This document shows positions 1 to 10,568 of a DNA stretch of 64,000 nucleotides, in pieces. The stretch comes from Candidatus Latescibacterota bacterium. GTDB lineage: Bacteria; Latescibacterota; UBA2968. Where the stretch lies: assembly GCA_965198115.1 (NCBI GenBank), contig OZ240241.1, positions 6,016,001-6,080,000 of the forward strand, in the 5' to 3' direction. Positions within the stretch are counted from its first letter, which is position 1. Each line of letters starts with the position of its first letter. The translations under genes were made by a program, and so were the position numbers. The notes below the pieces were generated by a model, which saw only the letters and a program-made list of their open reading frames with translations, was not told the DNA's origin and did no database searches.

Positions 1-998
1 CGCTCCCCCTTGATTTCAGCGAATGCGAGAATTCGAGTCAAAGCACCCTCGAGTTCACGTACGTTCGTCGCGTGTCGTTCCGCGATGTATCGAGCTGCGT
101 CTTGTGGAAGACGAACACTCCGCGACTCTGCCTTGTGGTTGAGAATCGCGATTCGCGTTTCGAGGTCCGGTGCGTCGATACTGGCCACGAGCCCGCTTTC
201 GAACCTCGAAACCAGACGCGGTTCGAACCCCTTTAGATTCGGTGGGGCGCAATCCGAAGTCAGAACGATCTGTTTATCGTTTTGAAAGAGCGTGTTGAAC
301 GTATGAAAAAATTCTCGTTGGCTTCCTTCGGTCTGCAAGAAAAACTGAACGTCGTCGACGAGAAGAATGTCAGCTGTTCTGTAAATAGCGACGAATTCAC
401 TCGTATCACGCCGTCGAATGCTTGAGATATAGTCGGAGATGAACTTCTCAGCCGTCACGAACACGATGCGCTTGGCGGTCGCACGGCTTTGACAATAATG
501 CCCGATTGCTTGGAGAAGATGAGTCTTCCCCAGCCCAACACCGCTGTAAATCACGAGTGGATTGAATACCGTCTTCCCGGGTGATTCGGCCACTGCCTGA
601 GCAGCCGAGAAAGCGAACTCGTTTCCTTCTCCCACGACGAAGTTGTCGAAACGATACCGGGTGTTGATCGGAAAGGTGAACTCGATTTGCGGAGGTGCTT
701 CATCCTCGCTCACAGGTTTCGAGGTGGCAACGGAATCATCAGTCGTCGTGCCGGATGAGTGTAAAGAAACGACCGGCCGCCACCCTTTGGTCTCGTAAAC
801 GGCGCGCTCGATGACCCACCCGTAATGCTCGTGGATCCAATCGCCGAAGAATGCATCCGGCACAAGCAGAATGAGTTCATTGGGGTCGAAGCGATCGACC
901 TCGACAGGTTCGAACCAGGTCTGAAAACTCTGGGGCTGGACGAGTGATCGTATTGCCGGAAGACAATCGCGCCACGCGTCGGATGGCGTATCAGGCAA
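1..998 (-). CDS. dnaA: Chromosomal replication initiator DnaA (3' end outside window)
   Basis: Manual reverse-strand translation gives NTRYRFDNFVVGEGNEFAF, FNPLVIYSGVGLGKTHLLQAIG (Walker A), LLVDDVQF and LVASIDAPDLETRIAIL; TTG start at 998 with AGGT upstream; absent from the ORF track because it runs off the edge. Confidence 0.96.
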   Translation of the reverse strand, partial: MPDTPSDAWRDCLPAIRSLVQPQSFQTWFEPVEVDRFDPNELILLVPDAFFGDWIHEHYGWVIERAVYETKGWRPVVSLHSSGTTTDDSVATSKPVSEDEAPPQIEFTFPINTRYRFDNFVVGEGNEFAFSAAQAVAESPGKTVFNPLVIYSGVGLGKTHLLQAIGHYCQSRATAKRIVFVTAEKFISDYISSIRRRDTSEFVAIYRTADILLVDDVQFFLQTEGSQREFFHTFNTLFQNDKQIVLTSDCAPPNLKGFEPRLVSRFESGLVASIDAPDLETRIAILNHKAESRSVRLPQDAARYIAERHATNVRELEGALTRILAFAEIKGE

Positions 999-1221
999 AG
1001 GGGTATACCTACCCGACCGAAGGTGAAGGCGGGGACTTCACCAGAATAAGAACGATGATCTGCTGATGTGAGGAATCGGATGTTGCGGGGGATCCAGAAG
1101 CGTGCATCTTCACGGAATCGACCCGAAGCAGCGGGGACCGCTTCAGACCAGCCGCCAGGAAGCTACTTAGGGAGACTGGAGAAAGGATCCGTGAGAGATC
1201 TCCTCGTCTGGAATGGGCAGA

Positions 1222-1250
1222 AAGCTAAGCGGCTGATCGATCTGTGTCAA
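1222..1250 (-). promoter_or_regulatory. Putative sigma70 promoter for dnaA
   Basis: TTGACA (1250-1245), 17 bp spacer, TAGCTT (1227-1222) on the minus strand. Confidence 0.55.
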
Positions 1251-1371
1251 GACATAGCAAATGGATGCAAGTCCCTTAAAAACAATATGTAATATTCTTT
1301 TCACAAGATAATGTATAGAGTTTTTTTGGGGCGCAATATCTGGTGTCGCGGTCGCTCAATTTCCAAATATC

Positions 1372-1400
1372 TTGACAGGGTCGGACCGGGAAGATAAATT
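1372..1400 (+). promoter_or_regulatory. Putative sigma70 promoter for the rpmH operon
   Basis: TTGACA (1372-1377), 17 bp spacer, TAAATT (1395-1400). Confidence 0.7.
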
Positions 1401-1479
1401 GTGACTTCTTCGGAAGTTATGCATAGGCAAGCTTCATTTTTGACGATAGATCTGGGCATTCACTCCAGGACACCAGAAG

Positions 1480-1614
1480 ATGAAACGCACGTTTCAACCC
1501 CATAACAGAAAGCGCAAGAACAAGCACGGATTCCGGAAGCGCATGAGCACGCCCGGTGGCCGAGCCGTCATCAACCGCCGCCGCCGTAAAGGGCGCAAAC
1601 GCGTTAGCGTTTGA
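1480..1614 (+). CDS. rpmH: 50S ribosomal protein L34
   Basis: Manual translation [44 protein letters not shown] (44 aa); canonical position divergent from dnaA. Confidence 0.98.
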   Translation: MKRTFQPHNRKRKNKHGFRKRMSTPGGRAVINRRRRKGRKRVSV

Positions 1615-1635
1615 TACGCTCTGGGCAGGCCCTCT

Positions 1636-1956
1636 GTGGGGAAGCCCGATCTCCGTCTCCGAAAGGAAGTTCGCGCCCTCCTGAAGTCCGGTCGTGTCTA
1701 TCGCGGCCGGCTTCTTCACGTACGGATTGGTCCTTCCAACCTTTCCCGAACCCTCATTTCGGTGCGACGGAAATTCGGCTCTGCAGTCGCCCGGAATCGT
1801 GTGCGACGGCAACTGCGGCATCTCTGCCAGGAACGGGATCTGCTCACCCTGCGCGGCCACCTCATCCTTCTGAGCGTCAGCGACGGAGCTTCCACGGCGA
1901 CCTACGAAGAACTGAAGGACGACTTTCTACGGGCTGTCCGTTCGCTCGATCTGTAG
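1636..1956 (+). CDS. rnpA: Ribonuclease P protein component
   Basis: RKFGSAVARNRVRRQLR RNR motif; lies between rpmH and yidC. Confidence 0.93.
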   Translation: MGKPDLRLRKEVRALLKSGRVYRGRLLHVRIGPSNLSRTLISVRRKFGSAVARNRVRRQLRHLCQERDLLTLRGHLILLSVSDGASTATYEELKDDFLRAVRSLDL

Positions 1957-1977
1957 CACCCTCCACCAACCGACGAT

Positions 1978-3675
1978 ATGGATAGAAGAACCCTCCTGGC
2001 CTTCGGACTGATCGGCATCATCATTTTCCTGATGCCCTATTACTTCCGGTGGATCAATGGCCAGCCCCTCATCCCTGAAGAATCGCTACCGACCTACCCA
2101 GAAGCGTCACAGCCTCAGGTATTGACCCGTCCCGTGCCGGAACTCGCCACGCCCCTGGCTCCCGTCCCCGATCCGGACGCAAGCAAAGAAACCGTCACTG
2201 CTTCGACGACCGAACCCGTTCCTTACCAGGCCCGCAACGTCGTTGTCGAGACGGAGCTCTACACAGCCACGTTCTCGACACGAGGGGGCCAGATCGTCAG
2301 CTGGCGTTTAAAAGATCACGTCGATGGGGCGGGCTATCCACTCGAGCTGATCGAACCAGGAACAGCGGGTCTGGGGTTGGCCGTCGCCGGGAAGGCGCTC
2401 ACGGAGGTCGAATTCTCCCCGAACCGTTTTCATCTACAGCTTATCGCACACGAACAGGGGGAAATCACGTTCACGGCGATGAGCGGTGGGAAGACGATCA
2501 CTACGCGGATACTGTTCCAGGGCAACCGCTACCGTGTCGAATTCTCCGTGTCCTCAGTGGGTTTGGCACCAGACGACAAGGTGCGTGTCGGCTGGGACAC
2601 CTTCCCCGCCGAGACAGAAGGGGAAACAGGGGAAGGAGGTGGGTTTTACGCGTTTGATTACGACCAGGTCGTAACGAGCGCGGGCGATGTCGTCGAATCG
2701 TGGACACGGGAAAACCTGGCCGATCTCGAACAGTCTCGCCCGAGTGGCCGGATCGGGTGGTTCTCGATCCGTGGGAAGTATTTCATGAGCGCCATCATCC
2801 CCGTGCACAGCCTCGTCTACGACCTGGATCTCCACGATCCGGATGGGACGCCACGTCGGCAGGTTGCGGCCATCCAGACGCACTATCCCGGAGAACCCCT
2901 CTCATTCGGTCTCTACATCGGCCCCCTGTCCTATCGACTCCTGACGCGTCAGGATATCGATCTCTACGGCAGAGAGACCGTTGTCGGTCTGGATGACATG
3001 GTCCAATTCGGGTGGGCCTTCCTTCGCCCGGTTCTCAAGCCCGCGACGATCCTGATCATCCACGCTTTTTCTGCTCTCCGCAACGCCATTCCCAACTACG
3101 GGCTCGTGATCATCATCTTTTCGATCCTGGTCAAGATCGTCCTCTTCCCTTTGACCCGCAAAAGCACCGAGGCGACAGCCAAGATGCAGGAACTGCAACC
3201 CCAAATCACGGTGTTGCGGGAGAAACACGGGGACAACCAGCAGAAATTGAATCAGGAGATGATGAAACTCTACAAGGATCAGAAAGTGAACCCCCTGGGG
3301 GGTTGTCTCCCCCTGTTTTTGCAGGCACCGATCCTCTTTTCGTTGTTCAACGTGTTCCGAAACGCCATAGAGCTGAGACAGGCGGGCTTCGTCCTATGGA
3401 TGACCGACCTGTCCAAGCCCGATACCCTGACCATCGGGAGCTTAGACGTCCACATTCTTCCGCTCATCATGGCAGGATCGATGTTCATTCAGCAGAAGAT
3501 GACTATGAAGGATCCGAAACAAGCCGCCCTCGTCTACATCATGCCCGTCTTCATGATCTGGATTTTCTGGAGCATGTCCTCCGGACTCGTCCTCTACTTC
3601 ACGATGTACAACCTCCTCTCGGTCTTCGAACAGAGGGCCGTTAAAAAGACGGTTCCCGCACCCCAGGCCGCCTGA
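1978..3675 (+). CDS. yidC: Membrane protein insertase YidC
   Basis: N-terminal TM, large periplasmic domain, NYGLVIIIFSILVK and VNPLGGCLPLFLQAPI motifs. Confidence 0.97.
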   Translation: MDRRTLLAFGLIGIIIFLMPYYFRWINGQPLIPEESLPTYPEASQPQVLTRPVPELATPLAPVPDPDASKETVTASTTEPVPYQARNVVVETELYTATFSTRGGQIVSWRLKDHVDGAGYPLELIEPGTAGLGLAVAGKALTEVEFSPNRFHLQLIAHEQGEITFTAMSGGKTITTRILFQGNRYRVEFSVSSVGLAPDDKVRVGWDTFPAETEGETGEGGGFYAFDYDQVVTSAGDVVESWTRENLADLEQSRPSGRIGWFSIRGKYFMSAIIPVHSLVYDLDLHDPDGTPRRQVAAIQTHYPGEPLSFGLYIGPLSYRLLTRQDIDLYGRETVVGLDDMVQFGWAFLRPVLKPATILIIHAFSALRNAIPNYGLVIIIFSILVKIVLFPLTRKSTEATAKMQELQPQITVLREKHGDNQQKLNQEMMKLYKDQKVNPLGGCLPLFLQAPILFSLFNVFRNAIELRQAGFVLWMTDLSKPDTLTIGSLDVHILPLIMAGSMFIQQKMTMKDPKQAALVYIMPVFMIWIFWSMSSGLVLYFTMYNLLSVFEQRAVKKTVPAPQAA

Positions 3676-3689
3676 ACTCGATTTCCGCC

Positions 3690-5033
3690 GTGATCGCCTC
3701 CGATCAGGACACGATCGTCGCAGCTGCCACCGCCCACGGTGAGGCCGCCATCGGTATTGTCCGCCTGTCCGGGTCATCGGCCATTCCTATCGCCGCTCGA
3801 CACTGTCGTGGCTCCCTCGGTCAAGTCGAAGATCGACGTCTCACGCTCTCATCGTTCTGGATCGATGGCAAGCCGATCGACGATGTCATGGTAGTGGTCA
3901 TGCGTGGGCCGCATAGCTACACCGGCGAGGATACCGTCGAGATTCAGGCCCACGGGGGACCCGCACTGATCGATCGGATCGTGCGTGCCGTCGAAAAATC
4001 GGGTGCCAGGCGAGCTGAGCAGGGGGAGTTCACGAAGCGCGCCTTTCTGAACGGAAAGCTCGATCTTACGCAGGCCGAAGCCGTGATCGATCTGATCAAG
4101 GCGCACACCGACCTGGGCCTTGAGGCCGCCTATTTTCAGCTCAAAGGAGGACTCCGAGCGCGGTTCGAGGAGATCCGGGACCATCTTCGACGGGCGCTCG
4201 TTCTACTCGAAGCGCAACTCGATTTTTCAGAAGATGTCGAAGTCGATCCGAAAGCACTCGCACGAACGCTCGGAGAGGCTGCGCAGTCGATAGGGGATCA
4301 GATCGAAAGCTATCGACAGGGTAAACGGGTCAGGGAAGGCGCCCGAGTCGCTCTGTGCGGACAGCCGAACGTAGGGAAGTCGAGTCTGTTGAACGCACTG
4401 CTGGCGGAAGAGCGTGCTATCGTGACCGATGTTCCGGGCACCACTCGCGATACGATCGAAGAATCCGTCGATCTCGATGGGGTGCGGGTGACACTCACGG
4501 ATACGGCTGGGCTGCGAGCCACGACGGATTCGATCGAGATCGAGGGCAACAAACGGTCGATACGGGCCATCGAGCAGGCTGACCTCGTGATTCGCGTGGT
4601 CGACGGCCATCAGCCGCCCGGCGAGCAGGATCTCTCATTTCTTCGGGAAATCCATCCTCACGTGCTGGTCGTCGTCAATAAACGGGATCTGGGAACCCAT
4701 CCCGCGTGGGCAAACCGCCTGGCGTGTCCTTACGTCGAGGTGTCTGCTCTCAACGGGTCGGGACTCGGGAAGCTCCGTGCCGCGATTCGCGAGCATTGCT
4801 TGGGCGGAGAAGCGAACACCGAATCCGTCACCCACGAACGGCACGCGAGTCTGCTCAGCACCTCAAAAGAGGGCCTGGAGCGGGCACAAAAGGCCCTATC
4901 CAGGGACGAGCCCTGGGAGATCGTGAGCCTGGAGGTGGGCGAATCGATTGCGGCCCTGAGTGCCATTCTGGGTGAAACCACGCCCCAGGACACGCTCGAT
5001 GCCATTTTCACGACCTTCTGTATCGGGAAGTGA
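3690..5033 (+). CDS. mnmE: tRNA modification GTPase MnmE
   Basis: GQPNVGKSS, PGTTRD, DTAG, NKRD GTPase motifs; C-terminal FCIGK. Confidence 0.97.
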   Translation: MIASDQDTIVAAATAHGEAAIGIVRLSGSSAIPIAARHCRGSLGQVEDRRLTLSSFWIDGKPIDDVMVVVMRGPHSYTGEDTVEIQAHGGPALIDRIVRAVEKSGARRAEQGEFTKRAFLNGKLDLTQAEAVIDLIKAHTDLGLEAAYFQLKGGLRARFEEIRDHLRRALVLLEAQLDFSEDVEVDPKALARTLGEAAQSIGDQIESYRQGKRVREGARVALCGQPNVGKSSLLNALLAEERAIVTDVPGTTRDTIEESVDLDGVRVTLTDTAGLRATTDSIEIEGNKRSIRAIEQADLVIRVVDGHQPPGEQDLSFLREIHPHVLVVVNKRDLGTHPAWANRLACPYVEVSALNGSGLGKLRAAIREHCLGGEANTESVTHERHASLLSTSKEGLERAQKALSRDEPWEIVSLEVGESIAALSAILGETTPQDTLDAIFTTFCIGK

Positions 5034-5713
5034 TGTTTCACGTGAAACGTAAAGCGGGCGATTCGGCTCTGGAGATGACGCAAGACGAGTTCTCCAGATA
5101 CACAGCCACGCTCGGTCTCTCTGTCGACGACCCGACTTTCGAGGCATTCAAGTACTATGCCGAACTGCTGCGGGCCTGGTCCCAGCGGGTCCGTCTGATT
5201 TCCCACGGTGATCGAGACCACATATGGAGCCGCCATTTTCTGGACAGTCTCACGGGCGTCCACGCTCTCTCGGAGGAAGGAAAGTTACTCGACCTCGGTT
5301 CAGGAGCTGGATTCCCCGGTCTCCCCCTTAAGCTCGTCGTGCCCGGACTTCGGGTCACCCTCGTCGATTCTGCCCGGATGAAGTGTTTGTTCCTGAAGCA
5401 GGTCGTGTCGGAGCTGCATCTTGACGCCGTCGAGGTCTCCCACGGAAGGGTTGAGGACATCCGGGATCGCTCCTTCGACCACGTCCTCGCCCGAGGCATC
5501 GGCTCTCTCAACACCTTATGGGCACTCGCGTGCCCCCTGCTAGACCACGGATCCAGTCTGATCGCCTACAAGGGACCTGATGAAGCGATCCATTTAGATG
5601 ATCCAGGCCTTGTGATCAACCGTCGTGTCGTCCGAAACCCGGCCAATGGTCGGGAACGGGCCATCGTTTCCGTCAGACGGAGCGATGACGTTCCACGTGA
5701 AACACCCGTGTAG
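5033..5713 (+). CDS. rsmG: 16S rRNA m7G527 methyltransferase RsmG (alternative start at 5075)
   Basis: RHFLDSL and LLDLGSGAGFPGLPLK motifs; ATG overlaps the mnmE stop (TGATG). Confidence 0.95.
   Translation: MFHVKRKAGDSALEMTQDEFSRYTATLGLSVDDPTFEAFKYYAELLRAWSQRVRLISHGDRDHIWSRHFLDSLTGVHALSEEGKLLDLGSGAGFPGLPLKLVVPGLRVTLVDSARMKCLFLKQVVSELHLDAVEVSHGRVEDIRDRSFDHVLARGIGSLNTLWALACPLLDHGSSLIAYKGPDEAIHLDDPGLVINRRVVRNPANGRERAIVSVRRSDDVPRETPV
5034..5049. promoter_or_regulatory. parS centromere-like site 1
   Basis: TGTTTCACGTGAAACG, 15/16 match to the palindromic consensus TGTTTCACGTGAAACA. Confidence 0.9.
5689..5704. promoter_or_regulatory. parS centromere-like site 2 (inside rsmG 3' end)
   Basis: CGTTCCACGTGAAACA; translates as the tell-tale VPRET. 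Confidence 0.85.
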
Positions 5714-5741
5714 AATCCCAACAGGGATGACCATCTGAACA

Positions 5742-5791
5742 AATAGAGAACCCCCGCTCCCAAGATCATTCGGGTGCGGGGGCTCTCTATT
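5742..5791. terminator. Hairpin terminator between convergent rsmG and FAH genes
   Basis: Inverted repeat AATAGAGAACCCCCGC...GCGGGGGCTCTCTATT. Confidence 0.65.
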
Positions 5792-5807
5792 CCGTCTAAA
5801 GGCGCAC

Positions 5808-6647
5808 CTACACGCAGGTGTTCTCCAGGCGTCCGAGTCCTTCCACCTCGCAAACCACTTTATCTCCCGGCTTCAGCCAAATCTGGGGGTCTCTCGCCAT
5901 CCCGACTCCGGGTGGCGTCCCGGTGAAAATCAGGTCTCCTGGTGCAAGCGTGAACACGTGAGATAGGTAGGCGATCAACTGAGGCACGTTGAAGATCAGC
6001 TGAGCTGTGTTCGAATCCTGCACGGTTTCTCCGTTGAGTTCACAACGAATCGCCAGAGTGTGTGGATCGGCGACCTCGTCGGACGTGACGATATCGGGGC
6101 CGATCGGCGCGAAGGTGTCGAACGTCTTCCCCAGCATCCACTGGCCGCCCGGCTTCTCCAGCTGGTAGTCGCGGGCGCTGACGTCGTGACCGACGGTATA
6201 GCCGGCAACGTAATTCATCGCATCCGCCTCTGATATGTCTCGACCACCCGTTCCGATCACAACGACCAGCTCCACCTCGTAGTCCGTCTTTTGGCTCGTG
6301 GGTGGCACCCGAATTTCGCCACCCGGCCCGATGATGGAGGACGTGTATTTAGAGAAGATGATCGGTTCTTCCGGAATGGGCATGCCGCTCTCTGCGGCGT
6401 GGTCGGCATAGTTGAGGCCGATGCAAATGATCTTCTCCGGATTCAGGATCGGGGCAAGAATTCTCGCGCTGTCCGCATCGACACCGCCCCCGGCACCGAT
6501 AGCGGCCTCTGCCGCCTTCAAAGCCTGGGCCCCGCCCTCGAGGAACGATCGCGTGTCGGCAGCGATGCTCGAGAGGTCGATGATGGTCCCATTGCTTCGA
6601 GCCCCCAGGGTCGGTGCGCCCCCCTTTTCAAACGTAACCAGACGCAT
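5808..6647 (-). CDS. Fumarylacetoacetate hydrolase family protein
   Basis: KIICIGLNYADHAAE, DYEVEL, GKTFDTFAPIGP, PGDLIFTGTPPGVG motifs. Confidence 0.93.
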   Translation of the reverse strand: MRLVTFEKGGAPTLGARSNGTIIDLSSIAADTRSFLEGGAQALKAAEAAIGAGGGVDADSARILAPILNPEKIICIGLNYADHAAESGMPIPEEPIIFSKYTSSIIGPGGEIRVPPTSQKTDYEVELVVVIGTGGRDISEADAMNYVAGYTVGHDVSARDYQLEKPGGQWMLGKTFDTFAPIGPDIVTSDEVADPHTLAIRCELNGETVQDSNTAQLIFNVPQLIAYLSHVFTLAPGDLIFTGTPPGVGMARDPQIWLKPGDKVVCEVEGLGRLENTCV

Positions 6648-6683
6648 GTGTGTAATCTCCTTAATTTACTGTTAATAAAGAAT

Positions 6684-8075
6684 TTAAGTTGATGATGTCG
6701 TCATGTCTTCCGGACATACGTAATGATCGAACTGCTCCGCGGTGAGGAACCCCTGTGCAATGGCAGATTCCTTGAGCGTCAGATTTTCTTCGTATGCCTT
6801 TTTTGCGACTTTGGCGGCGTTGTCGTATCCGATGTGGGGGTTGAGGGCAGTCACGAGCATCAGGGACTCGTTCAGCGAACGCTGAATTCTATCCTCATTA
6901 GGCTCGATTCCGACGGCACAGTGCGCTTCGAAAGCCACACAGGCGTCGGCGAGCAATCGGATGGATTGCAGCAGGTTGTGAATCAGAACCGGTTTGAACA
7001 CGTTGAGCTCGAAGTTTCCCGACGCGCCCGCTATCCCGATCGTCGTATCGTTGCCCATCACCTGCGCCGCCACCATCGTCATAGCTTCACTCTGGGTGGG
7101 GTTCACCTTCCCGGGCATGATCGAGCTCCCTGGCTCGTTTTCGGGAATCCGCAGCTCGCCTATCCCACACCGCGGGCCTGATGCCAACCATCGGATGTCA
7201 TTGGCGATCTTCATGAGTGCGCCTGCGAGGACTTTGAGACTTCCACTGGCCTGGACGATGGCATCGTGGGCGGCGAGCGACTCGAACTTGTTTGGGGCGG
7301 AGACGAAAGGCATCACGGTCATTTCGGCAATCTTGGCCGCCGCACGTAAGCCGAACTCTGGATGGGTGTTGAGACCCGTGCCGACGGCGGTCCCGCCGAG
7401 CGCCAGCTCGTAAAGGTCGGGGAGGCTTCGCTCGATCCGTTCGATTCCCTTCGTGAGCTGAGCGACATAGCCCGAGAATTCCTGCCCGAGGGTCAGGGGG
7501 ACCGCGTCCATCAGGTGTGTGCGTCCGAGTTTCGTGATATGGGCAAACGTGCTGGCTTTGACATCGAGGGTGTCTCGGAGCTTCGACACAGCAGGGAGCA
7601 GCCGTCGCTGGATCTCCTCGGCTGCGGCGATGTGCATGGCCGTGGGAAAGGTGTCGTTCGACGATTGACCCATGTTGACGTCGTCGTTGGGATGGACCGG
7701 ATTCTTGCTCCCGAGCGTTCCACCCGTGAATTCGATCGCCCGGTTCGAGATCACCTCGTTGGTGTTCATGTTCGACTGTGTTCCACTGCCGGTCTGCCAG
7801 ACTCTGAGGGGAAAATGATCGTCCAACAGACCCTCGATGACTTCGTCGGCTGCCCTGGCGATCAGATCTGCCTTTTCAGAGGGTAACTTTCCCAGCTCGG
7901 CGTTCACGAGGGCGGCTGCTCTCTTGAGGATTCCCATGGCCCGAATCAGCTCCCGGGGCAGGGTTTCGGTGCCAATATCGAAGTGGATGAGGGAGCGTGC
8001 GGTCTGTGCCCCATAATAGCGATCGTCGGGGACTTCAATCTCCCCCATGCTGTCTGTTTCGATGCGAGGGCTCAT
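6684..8075 (-). CDS. fumC: Class II fumarate hydratase
   Basis: [35 protein letters not shown] signature. Confidence 0.97.
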   Translation of the reverse strand: MSPRIETDSMGEIEVPDDRYYGAQTARSLIHFDIGTETLPRELIRAMGILKRAAALVNAELGKLPSEKADLIARAADEVIEGLLDDHFPLRVWQTGSGTQSNMNTNEVISNRAIEFTGGTLGSKNPVHPNDDVNMGQSSNDTFPTAMHIAAAEEIQRRLLPAVSKLRDTLDVKASTFAHITKLGRTHLMDAVPLTLGQEFSGYVAQLTKGIERIERSLPDLYELALGGTAVGTGLNTHPEFGLRAAAKIAEMTVMPFVSAPNKFESLAAHDAIVQASGSLKVLAGALMKIANDIRWLASGPRCGIGELRIPENEPGSSIMPGKVNPTQSEAMTMVAAQVMGNDTTIGIAGASGNFELNVFKPVLIHNLLQSIRLLADACVAFEAHCAVGIEPNEDRIQRSLNESLMLVTALNPHIGYDNAAKVAKKAYEENLTLKESAIAQGFLTAEQFDHYVCPEDMTTSST

Positions 8076-8285
8076 GCGTTCTCCGACTGAACGGAGTTAA
8101 CCACCACGATCCGGCCAAGGTAATCGGCCCTATGTGAAGGAGCAAGCGAAAGTGGGCTGTGAAGGTCCGACACTAGGTCGAATTCCCCGAACCTCTTGCT
8201 ACCCTTTTCTGATTTAGGTAACTTGGCCGAGCTTCGCTCGAACGATAGAGTTCCGAGAAACGGACATCCACGGAGATCGAATGTA

Positions 8286-9527
8286 ATGGCTGAAGTCCCG
8301 CAAGATGGAGAGGAAATCACCCTTTCGGACGGGGTTCTGAAGGTTCCCGATCGACCGATTATCCCCTTCATCGAGGGGGACGGGACCGGACCCGACATCT
8401 GGCGATCGGCTTCTGCCGTGATGGAGGCTGCGATCCAGAAAGCCTACGGTGGGAAACGCCAGATCGCGTGGATGGAGGTCCTGGCGGGGGAGAAATCGTT
8501 CAACGAAACCGGGTCCTGGTTGCCCGACGAGACGGTGGACGCATTCAGGACTTATCTCGTGGGCATCAAAGGCCCTCTGACGACCCCGGTCGGTGGAGGC
8601 ATCCGCAGTCTGAACGTCGCGCTCCGGCAGATCCTGGATCTCTACGTGTGTCTGCGACCCGTACGCTACTTTGCGGGCGTACCGTCACCGGTTCGCCATC
8701 CAGAACTCGTAGATATGGTGATTTTTCGTGAGAACACCGAGGATATCTACGCGGGGATCGAATTCGAGGACGGGTCGGAGGAGAATACAAAGTTCAAAGC
8801 TCTTCTGCAGGAACACTTTCCGGAATCCTACAAGAAGATCCGGTTCCCGGACACGGCAGGCATCGGTCTGAAGCCGGTTTCGCGCGAAGGCACATCCCGC
8901 CTGGTCAAGGCGGCGATCGACTATGCCGTCGACCAGAGGCGCGACAGCGTCACCCTCGTTCACAAAGGGAACATTATGAAGTTCTCAGAGGGTGCCTTCA
9001 TGGACTGGGGTTACGAGGTCGCCCGGACCGACTACGGGGGAGACTTGATCGACGGTGGTCCGTGGACCCTGGTGAAGGCGAATGGCCACGAGATCGTGAT
9101 CAAAGACGTCATCGCCGACGCGTTTTTGCAGCAGATTCTGACACGGCCCGCCGAATACGGCGTGATCGCGACGATGAACCTGAACGGCGACTACGTGAGC
9201 GACGCCCTCGCTGCGCAGGTCGGCGGGATCGGGATCGCCCCCGGCGGCAACATCAACTACCAGACGGGGCACGCCATTTTCGAGGCGACCCACGGGACCG
9301 CTCCGAAATACGCGGGACAGGACAAGGTGAACCCGGGTTCGGTCCTGCTGTCGGGAGAGATGATGCTGCGTCATCTGGGCTGGCACGAAGCGTGCGACCT
9401 GATCGTTTCCGGTTTGGAGAAGACGATCTCGTCGAAGGTGGTGACCTACGATTTTGCGCGTTTGATGGATGGGGCGAAGGAAGTGAAGTGTTCCGAGTTC
9501 GGGCGGGCCGTGATCGAGAACATGTGA
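8286..9527 (+). CDS. icd: NADP-dependent isocitrate dehydrogenase
   Basis: [57 protein letters not shown]; ATG at 8286 has a GGAG RBS. Confidence 0.97.
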   Translation: MAEVPQDGEEITLSDGVLKVPDRPIIPFIEGDGTGPDIWRSASAVMEAAIQKAYGGKRQIAWMEVLAGEKSFNETGSWLPDETVDAFRTYLVGIKGPLTTPVGGGIRSLNVALRQILDLYVCLRPVRYFAGVPSPVRHPELVDMVIFRENTEDIYAGIEFEDGSEENTKFKALLQEHFPESYKKIRFPDTAGIGLKPVSREGTSRLVKAAIDYAVDQRRDSVTLVHKGNIMKFSEGAFMDWGYEVARTDYGGDLIDGGPWTLVKANGHEIVIKDVIADAFLQQILTRPAEYGVIATMNLNGDYVSDALAAQVGGIGIAPGGNINYQTGHAIFEATHGTAPKYAGQDKVNPGSVLLSGEMMLRHLGWHEACDLIVSGLEKTISSKVVTYDFARLMDGAKEVKCSEFGRAVIENM

Positions 9528-9564
9528 GTCGATTCTGGCGTGCCACTTGTCTTTGGGGGCTAAC

Positions 9565-10260
9565 GTGGGATCAACGAGATGGATTGCTTGGGTCACCTTG
9601 CTGGGTATGGCTTGCACCGATCAGGCCAAGACCGATCAGACCAAGATCGACCAGATGGAGCAAGAGAACGCGAACCTGCAAGAAAAGGTCAAAGATCTCG
9701 AGCGAAAACTCGCCGGCTCTGAGGCGGTCAGGACGGTCCTCAACGATCGAATGTCTTTTCTGGCCAAGCATATCGAGGGGATCAAAGCGACGATCGTTAC
9801 GACGGAGGGGGACATCGAGGTTGGCTTTTACCCCGACAAGGCCCCGATACACGCTTTCAATTTCATCACGAGGGCCGAGAGCGGGTTCTACGACGGAACC
9901 ATCTTCCACCGGGTCATCAAGGATTTCATGATCCAGGGCGGCGATCCCCTTAGCAAGGACAAGAACCCGGCCAACGACGGATCGGGCGGCCCCGTTGTCC
10001 AGATTCCCCACGAGTTCAACGATGTGAAGCACGTTCCCGGGATTCTGTCGATGGCACGAACGTCCGACGTAACCGCGGGGGCGGGGAGCCAGTTTTTCAT
10101 CATGCACGGTACGACTCCCGCGCTGGACGGAAACTACACGGTGTTCGGGAAGGTTTCCAACGGGATGAACGTCGTGAACAAGATTGCGGAAGCTAAAACT
10201 GGACAGGGCGATCGCCCATCCAAAGCGATGAAGATCATTCGCATCGACGTCAAGCGGTAG
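9565..10260 (+). CDS. Cyclophilin-type peptidyl-prolyl isomerase, probable lipoprotein with coiled-coil linker
   Basis: FYDGTIFHRVIKDFMIQGGDP, SMAR, GSQFFI, LDGNYTVFG; LGMAC lipobox-like signal. Confidence 0.92.
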   Translation: MGSTRWIAWVTLLGMACTDQAKTDQTKIDQMEQENANLQEKVKDLERKLAGSEAVRTVLNDRMSFLAKHIEGIKATIVTTEGDIEVGFYPDKAPIHAFNFITRAESGFYDGTIFHRVIKDFMIQGGDPLSKDKNPANDGSGGPVVQIPHEFNDVKHVPGILSMARTSDVTAGAGSQFFIMHGTTPALDGNYTVFGKVSNGMNVVNKIAEAKTGQGDRPSKAMKIIRIDVKR

Positions 10261-10318
10261 TGTCCATGCGATAAGGACGATCGGCGAACCCCTGGGATTT
10301 CGATTTCCTTCTTGGGGG

Positions 10319-10431
10319 TTTTCCACTTTTACACAGTCAGCTCCTATGTCCCTACATAGACCCGATCAGGTGAGAAACAGTTAGAAATCCACACGTTATC
10401 TACACCCTCGACAGCTACCCGGAGTGGATAA
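10319..10431. promoter_or_regulatory. DnaA-box cluster, candidate oriC
   Basis: TTTTCCACT (10319), TTTTACACA (10327, exact TTWTNCACA), AAATCCACA (10385), TTATCTACA (10396) and reverse TTATCCACT (10431-10423) in a lower-GC intergenic region. Confidence 0.65.
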
Positions 10432-10568
10432 CGTAAATCTGCCTCCAATATGGGGAACTCGTTGTTTTATAGTGGGTTTAGGCTTGGTAATTTCACTTGC
10501 TGGCCCATGACCTTTGGTCTATATTTTCCAGCGGCACTTGCGATTTTAGCCCCGGGAGCCTCACGCGC

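Noticed and set aside
1260-1440. AT-rich dnaA-rpmH intergenic region as the sole oriC
   Set aside because: Only one weak DnaA box seen; divergent promoters explain the AT richness, though a role in a bipartite origin is not excluded
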